From a virus (taxonomy: Duplodnaviria; Caudoviricetes), in the IMG/VR virus record IMGVR_UViG_3300025676_000043, positions 1-37,528 of that record: a stretch of 37,528 bases of DNA; one strand, written 5' to 3'. Shown here one piece after another: positions 19,109-26,221 of this stretch. Made by a program: the position numbers and the translations under genes. The notes below the pieces were generated by a model. That model was not told the DNA's origin. It searched no databases and was given only the letters and a program-made list of their open reading frames with translations. How positions within the stretch are numbered: position 1 is the stretch's first letter; each line of letters opens with the position of its first letter.

Positions 19109-19353
19109 TATTTGTACTCCTGTTTCATAGGTATATTTTTACGGCTCTTATCGTATACAGGCAGACCCGCCGTGGGAAGGTATGCCGTGATCTGTGACCA
19201 GTAGCCCCAGACCTTTTCTTTGGTACCCGATTCGACAGCGTCGAAAACGGGTTCCCCGGATTCCGTGCCTAGTCCGCTGATGCGGCATTGGCGTTCGGAT
19301 CCTGAGAATGTTTCGTATGTGATTAACTCTCCGATACGGGGTGTACGGGTCAT
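19108..19353 (-). CDS. hypothetical protein
   Basis: Coupled ORF with GAGGAG RBS. Confidence 0.65.
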   Translation of the reverse strand: MTRTPRIGELITYETFSGSERQCRISGLGTESGEPVFDAVESGTKEKVWGYWSQITAYLPTAGLPVYDKSRKNIPMKQEYK

Positions 19354-19613
19354 CGTGTCTCCTCGAACATGTCTGAGAGTTGAGCATCGAGTTCATCGGA
19401 GAACCCGTACACATCCCACAGGACAACATCCGCTTGACGAGGGAACCGATGCGCTTCATGCGCCCCAAGGCACCGCATCAAGTCGTACACGACGCCCTCG
19501 AACCATTCAGCAATGTATGGTTGGTCTAGTTTCTCTTCAGCCATCCAACGCTGAAAGGCATCCTCGAACCCGTCGTCTGAGTCGTACTGATCTACCTGAT
19601 TTATGCTTGTCAT
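19350..19613 (-). CDS. acidic hypothetical protein
   Basis: Start reassigned to ATG 19613 (ATGA overlap, AAGGAG RBS). Confidence 0.65.
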   Translation of the reverse strand: MTSINQVDQYDSDDGFEDAFQRWMAEEKLDQPYIAEWFEGVVYDLMRCLGAHEAHRFPRQADVVLWDVYGFSDELDAQLSDMFEETR

Positions 19614-19837
19614 TTCTGTTCTCCTTCGTGAACAGGGCAAGTATCGCCCTGATGATTGTTGGGGTCGTCAGACGTACAGTCTTCGGCCTCCTCCTGTGCA
19701 TATGCCCAACGGTCAACTACCGTTGAGTCGTCGCCATTCCATTCCCATAAGGCGAGGTCTTCGGCTGCGTCCTGAGACTCAGCCTCAACTTCCACCGTGT
19801 CTGCTCTGGTTTCTACCACCTCTACTGTGTATTTCAT
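19610..19837 (-). CDS. small acidic protein (DpnD/PcfM-like pattern)
   Basis: MKYTVEVVETRADTVEVEAESQDAAEDLA. Confidence 0.6.
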   Translation of the reverse strand: MKYTVEVVETRADTVEVEAESQDAAEDLALWEWNGDDSTVVDRWAYAQEEAEDCTSDDPNNHQGDTCPVHEGEQK

Positions 19838-20049
19838 AACTCACCTTCCTGATATAGGTTTGCCAGCGGGACATTTTCCCGTGGCGCTTCGGTACCGCAA
19901 GGCCAAGTAGCATGGGTATGCCACGGCTTGGAGTCGCAGTTCATGCATCTCCCGGAGTCACCATCGTTGACCCAATGATGGGTCTGATAGTTGGCCTCCC
20001 GTTCCTCTTTAGTCCCGTCGAATTCAACGGGACGGTTCCAATAGTTCAT
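19834..20049 (-). CDS. hypothetical protein, possible metal-binding (H/C motifs)
   Basis: THHW...CMNCD...WPC; ATGA-coupled. Confidence 0.6.
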   Translation of the reverse strand: MNYWNRPVEFDGTKEEREANYQTHHWVNDGDSGRCMNCDSKPWHTHATWPCGTEAPRENVPLANLYQEGEL

Positions 20050-20525
20050 CCAATGCTCCCTACTTCGTTAGCCAACTGCTGGTAGATGGCTGCGAGGTTA
20101 CGGTTCGATGCACGGACGGCACTATTGACGGTGGATAACACGTGTTCCTGCACAATTTCTTCCACGATGGGGCGTACAAGTTCCGCTATCTGGGTCGTCA
20201 CAACCTGTTTGATCTCGCCCTGCACATCATCGTCGTATTCAATGGCGTAGACGATATGCCCGTTGATGTCATCCTCCGTGACGTAACCTGAGCCAGCCAA
20301 CTCATCGTTGATGACATCACCCATAGAGTAGACATCCACATATTCTTCGTTACGAACCATGTCCATAACGATGTCCGGGTCGTTTTCAATGGCTACACCC
20401 ATCCGCTCAGCAAGGGCATAACAGGTGACGTACTCTTCCGGGTCTACCTCCGCTTTAACGACAGGCAGGTATGGGGCAATCGCTTCCGCGGTTGCCTTTA
20501 ATAGGTTTTCTGTTGATTCACTCAT
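20046..20525 (-). CDS. acidic hypothetical protein
   Basis: 159 aa, D/E-rich, with recurring E/GYVT/D motifs; AAGGA RBS. Confidence 0.7.
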   Translation of the reverse strand: MSESTENLLKATAEAIAPYLPVVKAEVDPEEYVTCYALAERMGVAIENDPDIVMDMVRNEEYVDVYSMGDVINDELAGSGYVTEDDINGHIVYAIEYDDDVQGEIKQVVTTQIAELVRPIVEEIVQEHVLSTVNSAVRASNRNLAAIYQQLANEVGSIG

Positions 20526-20947
20526 ACTGTTTCCTTTTCTGTTTCACTAGCCGATTGTTCGGCAAGATCTTTACTAAACTCTTTCGCCTGAGCAAGCCAA
20601 GGCTGTAACTCCCATTTCATTTGACGCTTAGCCCACTCACCATCCGTAATGTTTTCCACATTCGTAGACAAACCGATGCGGCGATGCACGATCTCCGGGG
20701 TGATCCAACGGTTCCAGTCAGGCTGCTCATTCTCCTGAATGTATTTACACCGTGCGTACCATTTCTCCCAATTCTTTTCCGTCACCTCAGAGAGGCCAAC
20801 AACCATCGAAAGGAAGATCATGCCCTTCGTGTACTGCCACTCCATGCCTCCCAACCATTCGTGTTCACCATCGAAATCATCAGGGGCATCCACCCATTTG
20901 ATCTCGTCCCAATCTTTAATGTTTCCTGCATCCCAATTTAAACTCAT
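20522..20947 (-). CDS. hypothetical protein (Trp-rich)
   Basis: MSLNWD...IGLSTNV; AAGGAG RBS; ATGA-coupled. Confidence 0.7.
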   Translation of the reverse strand: MSLNWDAGNIKDWDEIKWVDAPDDFDGEHEWLGGMEWQYTKGMIFLSMVVGLSEVTEKNWEKWYARCKYIQENEQPDWNRWITPEIVHRRIGLSTNVENITDGEWAKRQMKWELQPWLAQAKEFSKDLAEQSASETEKETV

Positions 20948-21159
20948 TGCCTTGCTCCTTCTGTTGTTGTTTTGTATTCGACACTTGCCCCAACCTCACG
21001 CACATACACAATGTGGTAGAGTTGCTCCCACTTCTTCACCCAATGCAAAACCTTGTCACGGTCAGTATGGATACACCAATCAGCAGTGTCATCATCGATG
21101 ACACCCTTGAGTCCACTCGCTAACACAATATATTTCTGCTTAGGTTGATACCCGGACAT
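20944..21159 (-). CDS. hypothetical protein
   Basis: Coupled ORF in the early operon. Confidence 0.6.
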   Translation of the reverse strand: MSGYQPKQKYIVLASGLKGVIDDDTADWCIHTDRDKVLHWVKKWEQLYHIVYVREVGASVEYKTTTEGARQ

Positions 21160-21161
21160 AA

Positions 21162-21950
21162 TTAACCTACCTTTCTTACGAAGCCAGACGTATCTCGTTT
21201 GGCCTTACCCTTAGCCCGCAAACCAACAACAACCCCACGGTCATCCCTAGCACGGTCATCAGACTCATCACCATCCACCACAGGCACCCCATGCCAACTA
21301 GAGGGCAACGGCACACCCGGAGGGGTATCAAAGACCACAGCGACGTTCTCGCCAACACGAGAACGCCCCACGATCTTCTGATAAGTGGTATTCTCCGAAG
21401 CCGAAAACGTTACGTCCAACACATCGCTAGAACGCCTATCCGGCCACTTCGTATAATCATAAAAGACCACATCGTCCTGCCACATGACAAACAGATTAGG
21501 CACAACCCTCTCCCACGGAATGTCGCTAATCACGTTCAACCTCAGAGCAATCTGCCCATGAGCAGCCACAGCCAGATCGACCTCGAACACCAACAGATCC
21601 AAAAAGGTCTGGGGGTGTTCACCAAGAAACATGGTTTTCCAAAACCTGCCGTACTGGACGTTATCAAACGTCCCCTTACCAGCAGTATTCAGACACGCCT
21701 CACGGCACCCCGGAGTGGAATACCTACACACGCTCCACTTCACCGACAAGTTAGCAGGCAACAGAGACAGCCCATAGGTGGGACGCTCCGACTTCGCTAA
21801 CTTCGTGTTCCCATTAGGGTCAGTCAGCAGCGGAGGTACCGACCCACGGAACTCTCGTACCACAGCACGAGCAGCACGCAACTCGTCCGCATTGACTCGC
21901 CTAACTATTAGGTTTTGCGCCATCAAGTGACGCACCATGTCCTTAGCCAT
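21162..21950 (-). CDS. GP88-like phage protein (Cys triad, possible Fe-S enzyme)
   Basis: NTKLAK, CRYSTPGCREACL, RLNVISDI, FYDYTK, DGDESD.R, VVGLRAKGKAK. Confidence 0.7.
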   Translation of the reverse strand: MAKDMVRHLMAQNLIVRRVNADELRAARAVVREFRGSVPPLLTDPNGNTKLAKSERPTYGLSLLPANLSVKWSVCRYSTPGCREACLNTAGKGTFDNVQYGRFWKTMFLGEHPQTFLDLLVFEVDLAVAAHGQIALRLNVISDIPWERVVPNLFVMWQDDVVFYDYTKWPDRRSSDVLDVTFSASENTTYQKIVGRSRVGENVAVVFDTPPGVPLPSSWHGVPVVDGDESDDRARDDRGVVVGLRAKGKAKRDTSGFVRKVG

Positions 21951-22192
21951 TACGCTACCTCCTTACTTCTTAGAATGTCCCTAACCTCAATAGCAGCAGC
22001 AGTCATAGACCGCTGGCTAGTCCCGATAATCTGGGTACCCCAGTCAGTATCACAGGCACGTTCCATCACCCCAACAAACACTGTTTTCTCGGGGTCATGA
22101 AACACCTTCAATTGGTAGGACGACTTACCGTCATCCCATTCGTACCCAAAGTCCGTCACTCTCGTGCCGAACTCATTCGTGTAAGTCTTCAT
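21950..22192 (-). CDS. hypothetical protein
   Basis: GGAGAAGGA RBS; TAATG coupling. Confidence 0.65.
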   Translation of the reverse strand: MKTYTNEFGTRVTDFGYEWDDGKSSYQLKVFHDPEKTVFVGVMERACDTDWGTQIIGTSQRSMTAAAIEVRDILRSKEVA

Positions 22193-22362
22193 TCCTTCTC
22201 CCAGTCGTAAGGCGCATCCCGAAGAACACGCACCGAATTAGTCACTGTATAATTCGCATCCTCAATCTCGAAGCCACCGCAAAACCAGCGCACAAAATGC
22301 ACCATCACGGCACAAGCAAAAGCAGAGGTCAAAGCCAACCAAAGCAAACCTAAAGTATACAC
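22189..22362 (-). CDS. small membrane protein (57 aa, not in ORF track)
   Basis: GTG start after GGGAAGGA; MYTLGLLWLALTSAFACAVMVHFVRWFCGG...; ATGA overlap with the next gene. Confidence 0.55.
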   Translation of the reverse strand: MYTLGLLWLALTSAFACAVMVHFVRWFCGGFEIEDANYTVTNSVRVLRDAPYDWEKE

Positions 22363-22366
22363 TGTG

Positions 22367-22576
22367 TTATTCCTTCCCTAAACGGGTGCGGACGACATCC
22401 AAGTCGTACGAAACTTTCACCCTAGATGAACGACGATGCGGAGCCGAAGCCCCAAGAGGTGTGACCCTCACCGTAAGAGCAGGCATCAACGGGATGCCGA
22501 TAGCGTTAGTTTCCATCCCCTCGCCGGGATGGAAAACCACCCCGTTGATTAGGATTGTGTCGTCTGAATTATTCAC
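22367..22576 (-). CDS. hypothetical protein (probable first early gene)
   Basis: 69 aa ORF whose GTG start lies inside a 19-bp palindrome. Confidence 0.5.
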   Translation of the reverse strand: MNNSDDTILINGVVFHPGEGMETNAIGIPLMPALTVRVTPLGASAPHRRSSRVKVSYDLDVVRTRLGKE

Positions 22577-22659
22577 TGTATAACTCGGTTCGCTGGGGGC
22601 AGGTGCTGTTCATGGGAGAAGTCCTTTCGTTGAGTAATGACCCTATTGGGCTGATGCCC

Positions 22660-22688
22660 ATTCTAATTGACTATCCACACCTAACCAA
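22660..22688 (-). promoter_or_regulatory. sigma70-type leftward early promoter
   Basis: Minus strand TTGGTT-17 nt-TAGAAT, upstream of an AAAGGA RBS and the early operon. Confidence 0.5.
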
Positions 22689-22722
22689 ATCTATTAGAGG
22701 AAATTATTCACTGTATAATTTG

Positions 22723-22767
22723 CCACACACACCACACTCACCACACACACCACACTCACCACACTCA
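22723..22767. repeat. tandem 9-mer repeat CCACACWCA x5
   Basis: CCACACACA CCACACTCA CCACACACA CCACACTCA CCACACTCA. Confidence 0.9.
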
Positions 22768-22793
22768 TCTGGGAACTATACAATGTATAATTC

Positions 22794-22889
22794 ATGTAAA
22801 GCAAGCCTAACAAAAAATGTAAAGCAAGCCTAACACCCCCGGCTGTATGTACGAACACGCCCCGGCTGTATGTGCATACACGCCCCGGC
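22794..22889. repeat. two families of direct repeats, both with 23-bp period
   Basis: ATGTAAAGCAAGCCTAACA at 22794 and 22817; CCCCGGCTGTATGT at 22837 and 22860, with a partial third CCCCGGC at 22883. Confidence 0.9.
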
Positions 22890-22896
22890 CAAGGCT

Positions 22897-22925
22897 TAGA
22901 CATTTATTCAACAAATCACTAGCAT
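22897..22925 (+). promoter_or_regulatory. sigma70-type rightward promoter
   Basis: TAGACA-17 nt-TAGCAT upstream of the AGGAG RBS and ATG 22991. Confidence 0.6.
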
Positions 22926-22990
22926 TTACGCTCCGCTTAGAGTACGCTCAAGGGGCGGCAACACCGCCGCCCAAAAAACAAGGAGCCATC

Positions 22991-23800
22991 ATGGCAACCA
23001 GCAAAAAAACCACCACCAAAAAAACCACAGAAGAACCCATCTTCTATGAACGGCCAAAGGCCATAACCGAAGCCATCGCTAACCACTTTGAACGGCCATC
23101 TGCCGTGGATGACGGAGCCGGACTCTGGAGCCTCTTAACAACGCTCAAGATGACCAGCACCCGCACCACCAAAAAAGACGGTACCGCCCTCACCCGGCCA
23201 GTCTTAGAAGTAACGGAGAACGGGCTAACACGCTCATTCAGGGCGTGGTGCGAGAATGAGGGCATGGGTAGCCAAGACCTAGACCTCGGAGCGTTCCTAG
23301 CGTCAACGAGTAAATGCCCGGACAACCAAACGGCTAACGACTGGCACAACTGGCGCAGCGGCAACGGCAACCCCTACGGCAACGTAGCAACAATCAGAGA
23401 ATGGCGACCAACAGTCACCGCAGCACAACAGGCAGACATCCCAAACCTGCCCGGCGTATGGAATGACCTAGCCGATGCCTATTCAGTAGCCCAAGAGGAC
23501 GGACACAAAAAACCCGCCACCGTCGCCAAGACCAGCGTAGAAAATACTTATGGCCTAGAGGCAGAAACCCGGAGCAACACACCATCCGGCGGGTCATGGG
23601 AGCGAGTATGCGCCGAACTGGTCACGCTCTGCGCCGAAGTGACAGCCTGTGACGTAGGCAGCAAAGTACGGAGAGGAGTAACCGAAGCCCTCGCCTACCT
23701 ATCCCCCGACGGAACCACCACCGCCGAAGTACAAGCAATGCGCAACGTCGCCCTCTTCATCCTTGAAGACTGCGACGCCATCGCCAAGGCTGGTAACTAA
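22991..23800 (+). CDS. hypothetical protein (269 aa), divergently transcribed
   Basis: AAGGAG RBS before ATG 22991 (MATSKKTTTKK...); no family recognised. Confidence 0.75.
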   Translation: MATSKKTTTKKTTEEPIFYERPKAITEAIANHFERPSAVDDGAGLWSLLTTLKMTSTRTTKKDGTALTRPVLEVTENGLTRSFRAWCENEGMGSQDLDLGAFLASTSKCPDNQTANDWHNWRSGNGNPYGNVATIREWRPTVTAAQQADIPNLPGVWNDLADAYSVAQEDGHKKPATVAKTSVENTYGLEAETRSNTPSGGSWERVCAELVTLCAEVTACDVGSKVRRGVTEALAYLSPDGTTTAEVQAMRNVALFILEDCDAIAKAGN

Positions 23801-23801
23801 A

Positions 23802-23930
23802 TTGACCAAAAAGCAAGACGACCACCTCAAGCGGTTAGGCGTACACCTCACAATGTGCGGCTACAACCCATACACGCAGCAAGGCAAACTTTGCCCCGAC
23901 TGCCTAAAAAAATTGGAGCAGCAAACATGA
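23802..23930 (+). CDS. small putative Zn-finger protein (42 aa, not in ORF track)
   Basis: TTG start; ...VHLTMCG...LCPDCLKKLEQQT*; ATGA overlap with the next gene. Confidence 0.45.
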   Translation: MTKKQDDHLKRLGVHLTMCGYNPYTQQGKLCPDCLKKLEQQT

Positions 23931-24109
23931 CAGACATAGCCACGGCATACGACTCAGTAGGCGGAAACGTCCTGCTAGATCGTACGCACCACATGCACCG
24001 CATCGGGGTACTCACCGACAAGGAACACGCCTTGCGATGCATCGCCATCTTGCGGGAACGGCTGGCAAGGGTTGACGACTGGAGCGGAGCAGAAATGCCT
24101 AACAACTAG
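23927..24109 (+). CDS. hypothetical protein (60 aa)
   Basis: GGAG RBS before ATG 23927; followed by a terminator hairpin. Confidence 0.55.
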   Translation: MTDIATAYDSVGGNVLLDRTHHMHRIGVLTDKEHALRCIAILRERLARVDDWSGAEMPNN

Positions 24110-24133
24110 CCCCAGCGGTTCGCCCGCACTACA

Positions 24134-24166
24134 CAGGAACCCCGGCCAAGCGGTCGGGGTTTCTTG
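24134..24166 (+). terminator. intrinsic terminator
   Basis: CAGGAACCCCGGCC-aagc-GGTCGGGGTTTCTTG hairpin with T-rich 3' end after the rightward mini-operon. Confidence 0.7.
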
Positions 24167-24547
24167 CGTCCCCACCCAAGGCGCACCCCTCACGGTGCAG
24201 AAAACCCCGGTCGGATTTTGGCAAGTAACTCCTGTTATCTATAAAGAGAGTGACTAAAGGGGTACATACGTTCGGGGGGGGAGGCATGGGGGGGGTACCC
24301 CATCATCGGCTTTTGTATGTATAGATATGGAGGGGCGGTGCGGGCTGTTCGGCGGGCTTGTTTTGGGAGGGTTTTTGCCTTTGGGGGGCTTGTGTGTCTT
24401 GTGTGGCTTGGCATGTCGTCCCTCTTGGGATACCTGAACCACTTTGGGGTGGTTCTGGTATCTTTGGGGTGTGTCTTGGCCCCCTCCCCTTAGCCCCTCC
24501 CCCTTATAGCCTAGAGTGTCCCGCGGTTTTCTTTGATTGTTGCGTGT

Positions 24548-24576
24548 TTGTAACCTTATTGTAACGTGTTTGTAAC
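24548..24576 (+). repeat. three TTGTAAC direct repeats with 11-bp period
   Basis: TGTAAC at 24549, 24560 and 24571, ending 14 bp upstream of a GGGACA motif. Confidence 0.75.
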
Positions 24577-24590
24577 ATTGGGGGGTGGGT

Positions 24591-24614
24591 GGGACAGTTG
24601 GTACTGTCTTATAG
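24591..24614 (+). promoter_or_regulatory. putative late promoter motif, copy 3
   Basis: GGGACAGTTGGTACTGTCTTATAG upstream of the terminase small subunit. Confidence 0.65.
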
Positions 24615-24634
24615 GACGACATGGGAGTTTGGTT

Positions 24635-25087
24635 TTGCCTCAGAATGGTGGCGGTAAGGGTTGGGCGTGGGATGAGGATTCTGGGTCTAAGGTGATGCCT
24701 GATTCTTGGGTGTCTTTGTTGGATTGGTTGTTGTGTGGGCCTGATCGTGAGCCGAAACTTCAGAAGGAGTGGGCTGTTTTGAATGGGTTGCATGGGGATT
24801 CGATTCGCCGTATTAAGCGTGATGCTCGTTTTATTAAGGAGTGGGATCGTCGTGCTGCTGAGTTGAATATTTCTCCTGAGCGCACTCAAAGCGTTGTTGA
24901 CGCTTTGCATGCTCAGGCTGTGAGTGGGAACACTCAGGCTGCTTCGTTGTATTTGCAGTTTATTGATAAGTTTACGCCTACTCGTAAGGTGGTGGTTGAT
25001 GAGACTGCTGTTGAGGGTATGTCTAATGGGGAGTTGGCTGAGGCTTTGGAGGCTGAGGTTGCTCATTTACGTGTTGTTAATGATTAA
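24635..25087 (+). CDS. putative terminase small subunit
   Basis: TTG start after GGGAG (MPQNGGGKGW...); HTH-like QKEWAVLNGLHGDSIRRIKRDARF, then helical region GNTQAASLYLQ; first gene of the packaging module. Confidence 0.7.
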   Translation: MPQNGGGKGWAWDEDSGSKVMPDSWVSLLDWLLCGPDREPKLQKEWAVLNGLHGDSIRRIKRDARFIKEWDRRAAELNISPERTQSVVDALHAQAVSGNTQAASLYLQFIDKFTPTRKVVVDETAVEGMSNGELAEALEAEVAHLRVVND

Positions 25088-25099
25088 GGGGAGTTTGTA

Positions 25100-26218
25100 A
25101 TGGCTGGTCGTTATGGGAATGTGAATACGGGGTTGTATCCTCAGCCGGATCCAAAGAAGAAACCAGATCTGAAGTATCGGGAGGCTCCTGCGGTACCGTC
25201 TTTTTCTCCTGAGGCTGCTCGTGCTGCTGGCGCTGCTCGGGGGCGGGATCCTCAGTCGGATGCTCGTGTTCGGGATTCCGCTTTGAGGGTTGCGGCGGGT
25301 CAACGTCCTGCTCAGGCTCGTTTCTATGAGGAATTGGCGGCGCTGGCTAATGGGGATCCTAATTTCGACGAGACCCCTTATACGGGTGGGTTTGGGGAGG
25401 ATCAGAGGGAGCAACGGGAGTCGTATGGGCCTGAGATCAACGATTATTTCGCTCAACAGTTTGCTGACCAAATGAAAGCAACAGAGTTGGCGTATCTTCA
25501 GGCGATGAGTCGTCAGGCTGCTTCGGGTGTTCGGAATCCTTTGGGCATGATTGGTGGTGATGCGCTTAACGGCTTGATGGGCGCTGGCCGCAGTGCCATT
25601 GGGGCCGCATATGGTGCTGGGCGTGGCGCTGTTCGGGCCGCCGGGAATGCTGCTTCGACTGTGGGTGATTTTGCTCGAGATGCTGGTTCGGCTATAGGCG
25701 GTCTTGGCAGACGCGCTGGAAGCGCCATGAGTGATCATTTGCAGGGAGCGTTTGGTGCTTCTTCTCAGTCGCGTTACCCCGGCCCTTTCCAACAGGATGT
25801 GCCGTGGCAACCCGGAGGCCAATGGCTGCCTTACAGTGATGAGAACCACTGGCCGGATCACCACCCTCGACCCGGCACGGGAGATAGATGGAGGGGTTGG
25901 ACTGCCGAAGATAGTATGCGCGGCTATAGGGGGGTTGATCAGCCGCTACGTCCGCGAGGCTACGGCTACCGTCCTTCCGACAACGGTGTGGGGTTCACCC
26001 AACAATTCGACCCCTATGGTTCGGCTCCCCGAGAGGAATTAATCAACGATTACCTCGATTGGGCTATGTCAACTGAACTTCCCGGCTACTTAGAACGATA
26101 CATGGCTGACCCGATGAGCGGCGAAAACGCTACTCGCGAGGAAACCAGAGCGTATGTTCGGACTTTGCCGACTTCTAGGTTGATCGAACAGTTCAAGGGT
26201 AAAAAGGTTTACCCATAG
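25100..26218 (+). CDS. hypothetical G/A/P-rich protein between the terminase subunits
   Basis: 372 aa; GGGGAG RBS; ~11-residue amphipathic repeats in the middle. Confidence 0.7.
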   Translation: MAGRYGNVNTGLYPQPDPKKKPDLKYREAPAVPSFSPEAARAAGAARGRDPQSDARVRDSALRVAAGQRPAQARFYEELAALANGDPNFDETPYTGGFGEDQREQRESYGPEINDYFAQQFADQMKATELAYLQAMSRQAASGVRNPLGMIGGDALNGLMGAGRSAIGAAYGAGRGAVRAAGNAASTVGDFARDAGSAIGGLGRRAGSAMSDHLQGAFGASSQSRYPGPFQQDVPWQPGGQWLPYSDENHWPDHHPRPGTGDRWRGWTAEDSMRGYRGVDQPLRPRGYGYRPSDNGVGFTQQFDPYGSAPREELINDYLDWAMSTELPGYLERYMADPMSGENATREETRAYVRTLPTSRLIEQFKGKKVYP

Positions 26219-26221
26219 GCC

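Larger units (their letters stand above)
22236..22792. promoter_or_regulatory. five copies of a 19-bp palindrome, consensus AATTATWCA-N-TGTATAATT (putative operators)
   Basis: Copies at 22236-22254, 22353-22371 (degenerate), 22567-22585, 22702-22720 and 22774-22792. Confidence 0.75.

Noticed and set aside
13591-19873. Other GGGACA hexamers (e.g. near 13591, 14299, 16375, 19868)
   Set aside because: They lie antisense within minus-strand genes, not at gene boundaries, and are expected by chance for a 6-mer.
22723-22889. Mini CRISPR array
   Set aside because: Repeats are tandem, with at most 9-nt gaps and no unique 25-40 nt spacers; no cas operon is present.
22847-22990. Longer N-terminus for the 23800-ending ORF as given in the ORF track
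   Set aside because: It runs through repeats and the predicted promoter; the AAGGAG RBS supports ATG 22991.
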